Below, piece after piece: positions 24,201 through 39,500 of a DNA stretch of 64,000 nt (positions are counted from its first letter, which is position 1; every line of letters starts with the position of its first letter). The position numbers and the translations under genes are program-made. Under the pieces are notes generated by a model that saw nothing but the letters and a program-made list of their open reading frames with translations, was not told the DNA's origin and searched no databases. Source of the DNA: Iphione sp. A-MEVVRFRX5 (Eukaryota). The stretch spans positions 75,020,001 through 75,084,000 of the forward strand of contig OZ320316.1 of assembly GCA_976226885.1 (NCBI GenBank). The letters run 5' to 3'.

Positions 24201-27200
24201 GTCATATTGCCATTTCTTTATACTACTTGTTTTGCGCAAACTGAACGAGCCATTCATATCGTGTCAGTGGCGGCTACAACGAATCCAGTTTCAGACGACC
24301 GCTTTGCCTGTTTGTTTGTCGTTTTATTTAATCAAAGTCTCCTGCATCACATAGACATGTGAAACAACGATGCTTAACTTTAAGATTCTACCGGCAAATG
24401 TCAGATAAGGCACTGGTACATACAAGATCTATGCGTTTTGCTCGGAAGTGCGATACTTTACTATGATTGAAGACATTGGTATAAGAAAATGAGGCTTTAG
24501 CGGATAAGGAGGCTAAACACATGCCCTTTGAAAATAGATGGATGTACACACATATATATATATACGGATAGGTGGATTCATTGCGGAGAAAAACCAGTTT
24601 CTTGTTTGTTAAACTTCTTCGTGGCATCTCTTGACTCGCTATACCATAGATTAAGTGAATTGTTGTGAGTCACCACTCGTCGTGAAGTACCTTGATTTAC
24701 GCAAATCAGTTTATCTGCTGGCGGCAAAACTAATTTGTCGAGTCAACCTGACTGGAGTGGGCCCTCCAGCGCGAGGTCAGTAACACCCAATGGAAGCACA
24801 AATTGCTCTTCGATTTCTTCTTCGCAAAAGGTAGGCCTGTGAATTGTAGCCCATGCGAAGAAGCCTTTACCTTTAAGAAAAGTGGGTGAGATGAAAGGCC
24901 TTCTCTTCACCAACAAATGGACACTTATCGACGTAGGAGGGAAGCGACCCTTCGTGACAGGCAATGAAATAAATAGCGAGGCAGAAATCGTTGAGTTTAA
25001 AGGCGACGCAGCTTTTTAAAAAACTTGCTACCTTAGATGTGCTTTCACCGTTGCCTTTCCCGCAAAGCATAATTACAGTTTAGGGGTAGCATACGTAATG
25101 ACATGCAAGATGGCAAGGGATAGATGCACCTGTATGTTCGTCGAATAATGTATTGCCTACCTCGTAATTATCCCTTTGATCAAACTGTCTATTTTGGTAG
25201 CTGGCAATGTTAATCGTGGAAGGTGCCTGAAAGGGAGCCGCTGTCCGGGGGTGTGCCGGAGAGCGGTGGGCCATTCTGCACCAACAATAGGCTGGCCCGA
25301 GGCTGTTTCGACGCCGATCCTCCGCTTCGATTTATGCTCGCCACATGCGGCATAGCTTAGTGGCCGAGGTTGAGTAGCCTGTCACTCGGGGTGACGTCGC
25401 CTTGGATATGCTTTAAGGCGATCTGTGGACTACAGACACCAGAAAGATCTTTATCTATCCGCGCCACACTCTCCTCCTACCTTATAAGAAATCGGTTGAA
25501 AAGAGGGGGGAAAAGGTTATCTTGAGAGGCGGAAATACCTTTTTTTAAAAAAAAAGTATATGTCACATACATTACCTGTAAATGGAGATGTTTCAACAGT
25601 AAATTAATTTTTCTATGCTTTCAATCACGGTGTTCGACTATATATTAACATATAAACATCAAAGATCGCCAAAGTGTCTTTTTGTAATAGAAATATTGAA
25701 TGACATTAACGTAATGCAGACAACGGCACAGATATTTAGGAAAATAACTGATCTGAATTGCATGAGGTTATCCTGGGGAGGTCGTGTCAGTCCAGCAAAT
25801 TACCTTAAACTGAAGGGTCGCATCAAAGCAAGTCTTCTGGAAGACCTGCTTTCCGAAAAGTATTCCTTTCCTTTATTAAGCATGCATTGGGCCATAATGG
25901 GGAGTATTAATGTGACCCATATTATAATAAAGACTGAAACTTACATTTTTCTGGTACGAGGCAGCCTTGTAAGTAGGTTACTAGTGATGCACAGCGCAAA
26001 ACAAACTGGTATGACCCCGGAGGGACAACCTACGCAGACCAAAACAGTTTCTACTCCACAACAGTGTCAGTACCTCTCATCCATCGGACTGAGATCGATA
26101 CATCGGCAAAGTCCCAAGTGTATAATAGGGAGCAAGATCATTTATACTGCCAAGAACGAAACGTTGTCAAATCAACAGTATACGATCAATGTAATTGTAT
26201 TTTATACTTTTTCTTTCAACTGATCAAATCTGCACTGTGGCAGCATCGATTCCTATTTGGATCGGGCGGGAAATGACTGCACTGTTTTCAAAAGACAGAT
26301 GCATAATAAACAGTTCTTCATCGTTTTCTGAAGTAAAAATGTCATTCGTTTCCTGACACGTCGGGATAGCACAATTACTGTGTTATAATGGACGCAGAGG
26401 CACAACCTAGAGATAACTCATTCACCTGATATTCTGATTAGGATAAGCGTTGCTCCTAAGATACAAAGGCGCTATGCATGATGGAATGTGATGCTTCGGA
26501 TAAGCCGTTATAAGAAATGCTGCTTATCTTTCCGCATAATAACATTTGCAAAAGATTCCTGATCCGATTTTTTCCCATCTCACTTGATTAGAATGCCAAC
26601 AAGCAGGCGAGCGTTAGATACAAGCAGCGTATAGATACTAGTGGCTGCTAGTGTAAAGCGTGCAAAAAAGCCAGTGGCAATACAGTTATAACATTGTATC
26701 AAAAGAGACTGACCCGAGAGTCGGTTTGCTACGTTCCCTTCTGTGTTAAGTCCCCATTGAGACTTCGTGAATTCAAGGTGCATCGCCTGGGGCTTCCCAT
26801 TCATATCTAAGGAAAGATTCAGAAGTCGAGTCGAACATCTACACGATGGGTAGTTGTCTGAAGAATAGCATATAGAAGTGGTAAGATACCGTCCCCATCA
26901 CTGCTGTTGTCGCACGTGGCATTCTTGTGTACAGTAATTTAAGGAGATAACCTCTTCTTCATCTGTGCTAAATAACTAATTCTTGCTCATCAAAGCATGG
27001 AAAACTTATAGATTTGGCCTAGATTAAAGTTGCATGCTTTCCATAATGACCCTGTGGGTTACAATAACAGCCTACACGTACTCGGAGGCGTTATGACAAC
27101 GGTGCGTTGGGATCGATGAGAATCTGTCGGAACGCGAGTCGGGCTTTGTAGCTAGCTGCATCGGCGTGAATGTCAAAAAGGGGCCAGTTCCGCTTGCGTG

Positions 27201-30200
27201 ACTTCTAGACGTCTTGATCAATACAGTGATGATATTCCTCGCTATATTAAGTAGAGCATGTACAAGGCATAGTCACATTGATTGGCCTGTGCATTCTGGG
27301 ACATTTATTGATCCTTCCAGAAACCTCTGCGGCGGATCCGCAACTTATCTACCTTGGACAGGATGTTCTACTTCCCGCGAACTATGGTTCAATAGTCTTA
27401 CAAGTGGAAAATTTATACGCGCGTTCAACCATTAAGATCCTGATGACAGTATCATTTTGTGGCCACGGGAAAGGGTATTGTCCCCATGCCATTCTTTTTT
27501 AGAGAAAAAGCCCGAGGTTATGATTCTCAGGTATAAAATAATATTTCACTTTTATAATAAATGTAAATTATGATCGATGTTAATCAGTCTTGAGGCTTTG
27601 CTTGGGCAAGGCAGTGATGGATTGATTGATTTTTATGTGTCCTTGCGCGTTCGGGCGTGAACAGCTCCCCCTGGGGCACAGCCTGCCGGACACCCCCTAG
27701 TATTCGACCATGCCCTTCTGTTGTAACTGGTAATTGGTCGCGCGCTGAATGTGGAGTGCCAATTGTGCGCTTCCACTCTTCCAGCGTCTCATTATAGTTC
27801 GCAGTGGGGGACTCTCTGTCTGCCTAGGTTTGGATACTCGTCCAGACACAATGGGCTGCTGGATGCCGACTAATCTACCCTGTGTAGACGTTGTTTTACG
27901 CCCGGTACCCTCCCCAGATAGCTACTCGGAACGCTCACCGTATAAACTGATACATCTCAGACCTAGAGATTCAATTTACCACCCACCATCGGTTCCTTTT
28001 ACTTCGGTCGTTGTGCTGGTACAAATACAATATACATATGTTTTCACGGAACACCTGTCTGACGAAAAATAATTCCTGGCTTAAACAAACGATTTTTATT
28101 AACCGGCAGGTGTGAACATCACTCGTATTATCATAAAACATAGCTTGGAGCTGAAGGTGTTTTCAGGTAACACGGGGTCATGTTGATACATGACTGTCAG
28201 TAGTTGTACATAGCATCGCCAAAGGCCACGCATTTCTTAGCTTAACCTGACTGACAGATGCCACATGCGACCTTGAGGCAGGTTGGCTTTTGCCATGTAA
28301 GAAACAGGTTAAGACTGCTTTTGTCCCAACACACTATAGGAGAGGCAGTACCACGGACAGACCAAATTCACATCTAGCCTCTTGAAGGACAGAGTAAAGT
28401 GGCTCTTTTCACACTCCGTTCAAATGATTTTCTCTCAAATAATTCCAGTGGAGTCCTGCTGTGGAGACTCGACCTATACATGTATATTGATGGGAATGTA
28501 AAGGTTTTCTCCAATAGCTGTCTTGGGCTCTTTTATTAAAGGACTCTCGTTGTTCCCAGTGGACGGTTAATTACCCAGTAGGTGGGATGCTCTGAGCCAG
28601 GGTTTCATGCCAGGACAGCAAAGTACCGACTGAGCTTCTTTTCAGACAAAACAGGCGATTTTTAAGTCCATGTCTAGCGTCCCATGGTTATTAGCCGCGT
28701 CGGCCTACAAGGTATGGGGTCAGTTAAAGCTGCTTGTAATCCTAGCATTGTCTGCGGAGCAAGCACTGTAGGGTGCTTACCAATGTGCCGAATGACAGGC
28801 AAGGAGGCATTGCCAAACAGGCGCCCAGCAATCTAGCACCCGCATCTCTGCATGGCTCGCTGATGGATACTCGACTTGAAATTAATATGGCTGGGCGACT
28901 ATGTAATCACGTAAACTTGTGTGCTGGCATGTAGGGTAAAGGGCACGGAGGGTCGTGTTGACTGGGCTCTCGACGACTACAAATGAGGAAGGCAAGAATC
29001 ATTTCTCCTATCTTTTTGCATTGGCCTCTCATTTCTGGCCGCCCTTAGCAAATAGCAAGCCTCAGATGGCCTGGCCCGCTGAGCCATCATGTGTACTTAC
29101 CTAGTCATTTGATCTGTCCCCTGAAGCGGTCCAAGGCACTGGGTCCTCTGTATAACGGGCCGGCGTGTTCACAGACTGGTACGTACCAAAGAGGTCCGGT
29201 TCTTGTGAACCTAGCATGTGCGCCGCTTATTTGAACACAAATCGGTCTGCATTGGTGGCTGATATGAGAGCCAACAGTGGTGATAGATGGAGTGTTTCCC
29301 CAGCCGAAGGTGATCATTGTGTTTGTCCCATTGTCATTATGGCCATCGAGATTGTCAGTATTATTGACTAACATCTTTTTTTTTTTCAGACAAAAACGTA
29401 CTTCCAGTCCACTTGTGAAGTATGCTCAGTGCATAATTAGAACGCATTAATTTATCGTTATGAATCCGATTGTCCCTTTGCAAAATATAACCCAAAACTG
29501 GACTAGAATTTATCGACAGATGGTCCAAGGATAAAGCCACAACCGAAAACTTGACAACGAATCTGGCCGCTATCAAGCACTGCCTAGATCTTCAAAGCTC
29601 GCTTACCCGCTGGCCCTACCACATATGTCAAGTATATAGAAAGGAGATATGCGCCCCATTCACCACTAGTTGTGTGCAAACCGTCGGTCGTTGTCGTCCC
29701 CAAAGTAGGAGGAAGGCCGCCAGTGAAAAGCTCTGGTCTGGGTCCTACTCTCTGACTGATCTACAGTTACCGTCTCTGCACACAAACAGGCGGGTGCGTG
29801 TCAATATCTCCGCCCGTCTATGTTATTGATCATAATAACCGGCCGTTTATGGCCAACTTTTCTTCCCTTTGTGTTGGCCGCAACGTCCGGTCTGATCGAA
29901 TTAAACGTACATTTAGTCGTTTGTAGCCTGACCGACGCACAGGTGGTGAATCCCAGGACACTACATTAGTGTGGTTCCCCGACTGCCCATTAAACTTTCG
30001 TCTCCCAGACATGCCACCCACTCACCATCGCGACCAAAACATTGACAAATGGCAGCCATCCAGACGTCTATTAAATAATTGGCATCGGTGTGTTAGTGTA
30101 TCCCTTCGGCCGCGCATTAATCGAGTGATTTTCACCAGAGGTGTCATTTACCTCTCACTTTAAAACCCTTTCGGGGGACAGCACACAGACAGAGCCCGCA

Positions 30201-33200
30201 CCAATGGTTGAGATGGGAGGGTGGAGAGTAGTGGGATGTGAGTGAAAGTGGGTGCCCCGAGAACGCCGCGGTTGCGTCAGGTTGTCGCCACGGCTGGCGC
30301 CCCAGAGGCCCTCTGGTGCCAGTGTGCTCATAGGGCGGTAGGACTTGGGTGATGACAATCGGCAATCAACGTGCGTGAAGGCAATGTTGGGCTGATTGCG
30401 GCTGTTCGGGCCAAGGGGTGGCCAGCTCATTATCGGCTGCGCCGCAAGTGTGTCGACCGTCATTTAATGCGAAGCTCCTCCCTGAATGCCTAACTAACTT
30501 GCTGTACAAGGCTTTCTACTGGGTTACTTGGCCCTTTCATGAGGCCAACACCATCAGAGCCGTCGTTATTTAAAAGCTCCTGTCAGTACAGACAAAAGAC
30601 TATCCTCAAGGCATTCATCCCCAATCTAACATCTCCGATCACATTTAAATGAACCTACATCCAGGATAGGGACTTTAGATGTACACTAGTCCGTGCAACA
30701 GATGGGGAGGAGACAAACATAAAGGCTCAGTTAATAATGCAATTCACCAACGGGCGGTGGCCGGCCCACAAGGGAGCGCGGGGAGTTGTCGCCCCGGAGC
30801 CTTATGCGCACCAGCTAGACAGGACATTGTTGTAATACATTGTGGTTCGGACAGTAGGTGTGAGTGAGCCTTTGTGGAACGTCAAGTAAAGTATTAAATT
30901 TCCTGGGGAGAGCCGGGTCAACTGTCGCTTCAGTGGTTGTGCCCGCATCAGCAGAGCATTCATGTTGACCGCATGCTGACATCACCTTTTGGCTCAGGAC
31001 AGAGGTACAGCGGACAAGGAAGTAGAAGAAATGTGGACATATACATGTAGTGGTTACATGACTTTTCATGGATGTTATTCCGTTGCCACCCTGTATATAT
31101 TCATTTTCTCAGTACATAGGCTGTTGAGGCATATTCACTTTGAAACAATGCTTTGCATACTTTTTTGGTGAAAGTATTGGGTACATTTAATTGCATATCT
31201 CATAATATAATAATTATCTAATTAAAGAACCAATCATTAAATTATTCCTCCTATCCAGTAAGAAATGAACAATCACTAAACATTAAAATTCTCGTGTATT
31301 TTACTTGCTACATACAAGATACAAGACGTTTACACGGAGACCCTCTATGGTATTATGTTTGTAATTAAATTACATACATGAATGCACAATGATACCGCAT
31401 CAAATGTGGTGTATGGAAATAAAATCAACAGCTGTCATCTTGGTTTGTGCACTGCTATACCCGCATTTCTACTATAAGCCTCATTCACTGTGATGCAAGA
31501 GTTAGATGCTGCCTTACACAACGAGGGGTAATACTGCCCTTGCCGTGTTAATCTGCAGTGTAAGATTTGCGTAAGCCGGTCGACACTATGGGATGCAGTG
31601 GTGGTCACAGGTCTTCCGTTACCCCTGCAGGGCAATATATTACTTTCTATTTCCGTGGCATAATTATCGCGCTTGATCAATACTACGTAAACTGAACCTA
31701 AATTACCTTCAGTTCCGACTTGATCAGTAAAGCTCTTGTTACAATAGGTTGCTGAGGACGATCGATCTTTCCTGCTAACAAAGTGTATGTATGCGTTCGT
31801 ATTATTTTTGGCCTTCAAATGATAATGAAGTCGCCCGTCCTAAATAGGGCGGAGTATTGATTTTTATGTAGCAACTGTAACACAGTCAACAATACTTGCT
31901 TCAATATGTCTGGTGTTTTCTACGCACGGGTGTCCATAGAAATTAAAAGCAATAGGGTCCAAATTTCCCACTGTCCGAACATGTTTTGCTCTCCGGACAT
32001 CGCGAAAGTATTGACACGTAACACACATTCAAAATGGGCGTTACTTCTTAGCATAATATTCGAGCATGTTCCCAATTGTAACAAAAGCAGGTTTAAGCTT
32101 TGTCAACACACTATGTAGCCAGTGCTAGTTCTGTTTGATGGTATTGTCTCCAATGAGATCTGCTTCTGAACAAAATCGAGGATGAACCACGACGGGTGGT
32201 CTTGAAGCCACCTGGCTTTGTCGCTGAGTGTCGTCTACCCCCTGGCTAGGTTTCTAAGATAGGATAGCTTGACCATATGTGCAGGTCCAGTCTTAACGTA
32301 CTAGCTGAGGGACTTCAGGTTCTTCCATTATCAACACCATGGTGGCAACACTACCCACTCTCATGACATAAGAGAATTTCATTATCTACATTCGAGAACA
32401 AGGGTTGTTCTACCGCACCTACTGGATGTGCCTCTATGGGTATTAAAGCGAGCCACAGAAATAAATATCGTGTGCTCTACAATATGATGTGACTAGATGA
32501 TAAGGTAAATGAATGCCATTAATCGGACAAAGGCTCTCTTGTATAAATATTACAGTGAACCACTCGGCTCCCTTTTGGTTGGCAACTCCGTTATACAGGC
32601 CGCACCATCACGTCACTTGTGTACAAGCTGGGGCCGGCGGCCTACATTCTGATGTTATATGTATCAACCATAGCTGCATATACATGTACATGTGTGTATT
32701 ACCCAGACCAAAGCGATCCAGCGCAAATATATACAGCAATTGGGAAGGGGCTTAAAAATGATATAGTTACCCACGGACTTGTCTCTCCCTTCTATCGCCC
32801 ATGTTTTCGGCTGTGCATTTTACAAAGACACTATTGAGGGAGTAATACATTTAATGTTTTATTCATGGTAGATGAAATAACGACAACAGGCATGGCAATT
32901 CGGCCAGGGTGGCAACATAATAGCAGAATTCAATTACCAGCGTTTCACAGTGAGTGGCATATGCCAAGTCTGAACTTGTGTTAATGGGGTTATAACAGTC
33001 GCTGTGTCTCCTTCGCCATAAAATCCCTTGCACAGGCTTTACCCACTTGGCGTGACAGAAAAGGCTTGGCTTTATTGTCTGCGCTGATCACAAGGTGTAA
33101 CTGTGTTTGGTTAAAAATACCCAGCACCTGCCATACATTTTAGATGAGGTCCTTTCATCTCCTCACTATCGCAAAACGAAGACGTCGCGTCAGGGTGGTG

Positions 33201-33564
33201 TGAATCTTTGATAGGTGTCTAACTGATGTGACTGCCAGTTTGTCCCTCATTGTATGGCATGGTACGGTGGTAAAACTTGCCGCGCAACTGGTTCAGGTTC
33301 ATGGGCCACTGGCCTCTGGTCTACAAGAAGCGACAAGACTTGTTTATGACAGATTGGAATGCAATAAAGAGAATTATGGTACGTTGGAGACTGTTGGTCA
33401 GCACTTTTGTCTCGTTTACATGTTCTCCTGCATAGAAGGTGGCGACATTCAATGCAAAAGACCTACATGGCACACAGCGAAATATGATATGTCGGCTGAT
33501 GTCAGGCGTGGTTAGCGATTGTTAAGCGACGAAATGGTATTGAGGCACTCTGACACCCATGTGT

Positions 33565-33584
33565 ACACACACACACACACACAC
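33565..33584 (+). repeat. (AC)10 microsatellite
   Basis: Direct reading. Confidence 0.95.
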
Positions 33585-36500
33585 GAAATGTCAGTGGATA
33601 CAATCCGCCAGCATGGATCCTCACTGATACCCCTTGACAGATCACTACCACTGACCTGCCCTTCATTTGGCAAACATGAAAAAGGAAACTCGATCAAGGT
33701 TCTAAGCCTGACTGCACCTTAATCTCATCGGCCTGCTTGACGTCTAGCAGCAAGAGGAGCATCATCCTATCAGTACATATTAATTGGCAATAGCAGGTTG
33801 CTGTGTGAACCAACCTGATGTTGCCAATTGTGCTGGGGTAGCATGCGTAACTTCTGGCGAGTCAAGCCGTTGGTGCGTGCCACTTTCATAGCTGTCCATT
33901 TATGGCAGCTTAAAAAAACCCTGTGGTTGAAACTGCTTGTAACACTTGTGTAGCGGCAACTGCAATATGCTATCCCTTAATTAGGAGAGACGAAAGCCAC
34001 CATACCTCTTCTTACTCGACATTTTCGTATGGGAAAGGAAAAAAAAACAACCGGGAATGAAGTATAGATATACAGGTTGCCTCCAGCATTGTATCAAGAC
34101 TGGCAGTGCCGGAAAGCTATTGGCAGCTGGTGCAATATTATTCGGTGTTGGACCTCAGTCAAGCGCGCCAGGGGAGATGTTTCTGGCTCGGCGTGGGACG
34201 CCCCACCTGGCGGCCGTTGGTGATATTTCTCCGTGTTTGTCTCGCTCCAATAGAAGATGACACCAGCATAGCGGCGTGAGCCGACTAAGCGACGACCAGA
34301 CTGGTTCTCCCAGCCACCACCCGGCCACCTTTCTCGGTGCAGTCCGATCCGTCCTCGCCGCCCTCGACCTAATGCATCCCGGCAAAGGCAGACCCCGGTT
34401 GCCCTGTGTTCGGCGTACAAACAGACCATCCCATGCACGTCCCACTGCAACACGACTCCTTAATCTTTCCCTGGACAGATATCAATCACACGCGGATTAC
34501 AGCGCCTGATTCGGATTACACCGGATCATATGTAGGATTATTTCCTACTCACACTGCCTTAGTCATCCAAACCACTCTCACACCTCCCGCTGTACGTGTC
34601 AACTTTGAAAACCTAACTTTTCTATTTGTACGGACCGAACTCGGTGTTGGGTCCCAATCCATATGCGCATGTTGATGTATAACCTCGCCGAGGTTAACCT
34701 CTTAACCTGAGATGAGTGTGGCGTATCGTGTTCTCAGTTATTTACTCAATCTTTTCACGAATGTGAAAACGCCACAAAGGGTACAGGACTTCTACCTCTG
34801 CGTGGGTGTTTAATACTATAGCGAGGCTTTTAACCTGCTTGGTACTATTACACATAACCGAGCGATTTGTCTGTGTTGATCGAGACAAACGCCTCTCATT
34901 TTACCAAGATACCTGTACAGTAAACGTTTTAAATCACTCGATCAGCATTTAACTGGCAATTTATCGGGGCGACCCTGTACCGCGGGCATTTTGAGAACGG
35001 GGAAAAACTTACCGGCTTGAGCGATGGTGAATAACAGCATTAAAACTGTCCACGCCTGAAGAAATATGGCACTAACATCCATCTTGGGTTGCTAGTAAAA
35101 TCCACGGGTCCAAGTGTCAAGATGTATACAGCTTTATATTATGTATTTCGTTGCTTCAAAGTGCAGCTCCGGGCCCACACACTTAGACATTCCTTCATGG
35201 ACAAGGTGACAGTTTGAGTTCTGTACCCACCACTGCAATACCGTTTACCTCCGCTTTACAATAACAGCCTTACATGTTGATGGTCATAAACACTTGGGTC
35301 ATTACTGGGCAAGCGTGACCAGTCGTGCTTCTCATACCCCTCCGCTACCAGCTACGATTGACACGGTTGACAGGTCGAAGGAGTATAGATTTTACGGCAG
35401 ACACAACTTATTCAAGAAAACATTGAGGCCTCTTATGCTGAGGTATCTCCTTTTGTCCGCTTCATGTTCCAGTTTTGGAATGAAAACGTTGTTCTACTCC
35501 ATGATTCACTGCCCTATTTCAGCAGAAGGCCAAAGACAATAAGTTTCAGGTCTGATTGTCTGAAAGATCAATCATGACCCTGTAAAATGAAGAGGGTCCG
35601 ACCTGGCTACATCTTGCAGCGCCAGGAACCAATGCTGTTCACGTGGGCACCGGCTGTCAGCAGGACGAATTCTTCCTATATGCGTGGATGGGACTTGGTT
35701 AGTCCGTCCATATAAGCTTAAACTGGGACGTGCTCTCCCGCCGCTGCTGTGGCTGCTACTGGCGCGCCGCGTGGCGCTGGTGTTGTTTTAGGTGTCCCAG
35801 TCATGACTTGGTTGGCAGGGCTAGCGCCCCCCTGGCGTTGGCTGTTGCAGTAAAGCGTCCCGGGCCTCACGGCTCCCGTGCTCAGTCATCCACGCGCGGC
35901 CGAGCCGGACCAGCCACTGGCCTTGGTGCTCCGTGCGCGGGCTCCCCCAGGCTGGACTGCCGTCAATAGGTCGGCCCGTCACACACAACTCGTTACACGC
36001 CGGTGAACGCGAGCTAGAGTGTGGAACTGCTTGTCAGCGTTGTGCCTGACTCAGACCGCCGGGATGCTTGGCGCCTGTAGTAGTTCCTAGCGACAACTAA
36101 AGTCGTGTCAGCCCCCATCATGTGCGTGCAGTGTGTTCCAATCGGTTGTCGGTCTGTCCATAGTTCGTGTCAGCTGTGGTGGAGCCAAGTAGATGTTTTC
36201 TACTGCTGGCGCTGCTGGTGCTGATACTGCTGCTGCTGCCGCTACTATTGCTACTGGCATTGGCGGCGGCGCGGCAGGCGATTGCGGCTTGAGGCTGTAG
36301 CTGCGCTGGAGGGCCGTTGGGACGTCACTGACGGAGTCTGAACCGTCCGCACGTGCTCCCCTCCCACAGACCTCAGATGTCGGCCGACTCCGGAAGGTTA
36401 ACTGCCAGCTGGCTGGCCCATGACATCGTACAATAACAAGTACAATGTACATTTAACGGAACCGTTTTCTATCGTGTCATTCAAAGGCTACTTGCCAGAG

Positions 36501-39500
36501 ATGTGGCTGGGCCCCTCCCCCTTCAGGGGGTGTGCACCTTCGTGTAGACTAGACTGCAACTGTCTTGATGGTTTACTCGAGCGATTCAAAACTGTATAAA
36601 AACTAACGAACTTGCTCCAAGGGCTGACCAACTTGCAGACCACTCTATAATTTCAACATTGTTCGAATGTAAAGTGCGACCTTTATCTAGCCAAATCGGA
36701 GGATGTTTGTGTGGGTGGGCACACCCCCGCTACACTTCCATTCACGGGTGTCCCCTACTTGGCACGAGTGGGCGATTTGCCCCACACTTGCATTCAAAAC
36801 TCTAAAATAGACCTCCTCTCGAGTCCGCTTGAAGAGGCGCCTTCGATGTATTGTCAGTCCCTGTCGGCGGCTAGGCCCGGTCGTATCCGCCGGTGCCAAC
36901 GATCGCCAATCTCTCCGCAACAGCCGTTCTGGATTTGGTCCGGAATTAAGCTGGAATCGCCATCTCCTTCATTTCCCCAGACTGTCGTAGGTTGGCTCCC
37001 CAGAGAGTGCCTGTGGAAGGCCGACCCGGGCGATTACCGGCGATAGGCCACCTCCGCGCTTATTTGGCCGCGTCGGCTCGCCCAGTCTTGGGCCGCGGGA
37101 ATAAGCGACAGTGACGATAACGTGGTGGCTGCTGAATTTTATTGGAACATTTGATTTCTTTGCACGGGTCCCCTTGGGGTAAGAATATCTAGGATGGGAG
37201 ATAGGTCGCCTAGGTGGCAGTATCCAGGTCTGGTAATTGCCCCCGCATATGGTGTCTCTGTGGAGGCCCCTGGCGTCCAGCATTCCCGTCTCAAGATGCC
37301 GACCCCCTAGAAATGCACGGAAGTTGGCAGCGAATCTCATGTCGTGTTGCTCAAGGCAGCAGGTACAGGAACACGTTTTCTTGGTTTGACTAAAGGTGAA
37401 CCCTGTTATTGACATACCATCTAGTGAAGATTTGAACTTCTTTTTTTGAACTTGATTTAAGCGATCTGATGCATATACACGCCATTCCTCGAGTACATGC
37501 CTTCACGTGTGCACGAGAGGTCGGGAACAGGAAAATGGCAAGAAGCAGTACCTCACGAAAACCTTTTTTTAATTCCAGAAGTTGCACACTATGTCTATTA
37601 CAGATTTTGACACGTTTCCCTGTACAGATATAAACAGTTTTACACACATGTACATGTAGACATACGCTTTTTGTACCCTTGCTGGTATGAAAGGATGCAT
37701 GCTGGTCAGAAACCAATGCTGAGTAATTCTCAATTGCCATTGCGACATACACTGTACATGTACACAAAAAAGCCCGTGCAATGAATCATCCGATGATAAT
37801 AATTATGAGATAAAAGAAGGGAGGAGCGAATCCCATTGACCTTACCATGGAAGGACTAAACATCAATTACCTATGAGGAGCATAGACAAATCAGCCCGAT
37901 AACAAGTAAAGAGCTCGTTTGATGAAACTGACTTGTGAGTAAAGGGCATAAATGATACACAGAACAAATAAGACAAGGACAAAAGAGGCAAGCAGGACGC
38001 TATAAACGCATGCGAATTAGGCGCTATCCAATTCGTTTATTACTACATGTACCAGTATCCTTGATATCATTTCACAATTTTATTTCATACGCGAGCATGC
38101 CCCATCCGATTACTGGATAAATGCATCACGTCTTGACATAATTGGAGACAACATGTCCGAATGTATATTCTTTGCAGCTATCAGTGCAAATAAAGTTATA
38201 AAAATGAACAAGAGGAAAGATACCATATAAATGTACATGTACTTGTATACTGTGCGTCTAATTAACAATACATGTACATACAAATGTATATGTAAACTGT
38301 TTATACTGAATGCAATGAATGTGCACACAAATTAAAAGTTGCAGTAAGGTATAGGAACGCAGAAGAGCATATTTTGCCCTTTATTTTTAACTGTTTGGAG
38401 GGTATCATCCCCTGACTTTAATCGATCCTGTAAGGTTGTAGGCCTACTTCTTGAAAGTAAATTGAAGGAAAAAAACAACGCCACTAGAAATTATCACCAG
38501 TCAAACCGGTCCACTTGCTATACTCATGAAATAATGGGCCAAATACTTGGCGCTACAGTACAGACATCTTGGTGTAAAGCCGGATGCAAGGCACATCGCG
38601 TCTAATCGAGAAAAGGAGGTAATCCAAGTAGCACCCACCAAGAGGGAGGATCATCCAGTGGGACGGTGAGGCCGCCCGCTCGCGGGGTCTGATGATCCAG
38701 CCGAGAGAAGGGCTTGCCTGCCCCAACGCACGAGGGCCTCTGGTGGCGACTGTCTGAGTCGACCACAGCTGCTGGCAGAGCCACGCGGCGCCCCGCACGG
38801 CAAGCATAATTATACCGATAGTCCACGGCTGGTGAGTTCTCAATAAAGACACCATCGATCAGCGCGTACAGCCGGCGCCAGGCGCTGGGGATCCACACGA
38901 AACTGCACGGATTTTTCCAGCTACAGGAAGTCCCAACAACGGCAGTCATTAATTTAGATAAGTACCTGTCCGGGTGACATGTCAGCGGTGGACAGTGTTT
39001 AATATCCGGCACCTAGGACCCACTAACCGAGCCAACCTCCAATCGGAAGGGGACCGGGCAGTATTCTTGACATTGCTGTAGCAATTATGAGACGCAAAAG
39101 TCAAACACTTCTATGATATGCATGTATGTACTCTTAGCAGTATTTGCTTGCGAAGGATGAGTTCAAATAAAAATGGGTTCAAATAAATAGACAAACATCC
39201 CTCTCTAGAGAGACTTCCTGGAAAGCGTGGACAAAATCATGTGCGTACGGACTGTAATTTAGATTATCAAAATCACAATTACTATAAAAAACAAAAATGA
39301 ATGAAAATCCCTAGATAATCAAAAGATAATACACGTACTACTAAATATCAATGTTTGTGTCCTGATTTTGATACTTATATATATATGCAAAATATAGAAG
39401 AATCCACCGTAACAAATACACTACACATTCGTATGTATATATACACGTTCAAGTGTATACGTGTATTTGCTTGGATTTTTGCATGTTATGTTTACTTGTT

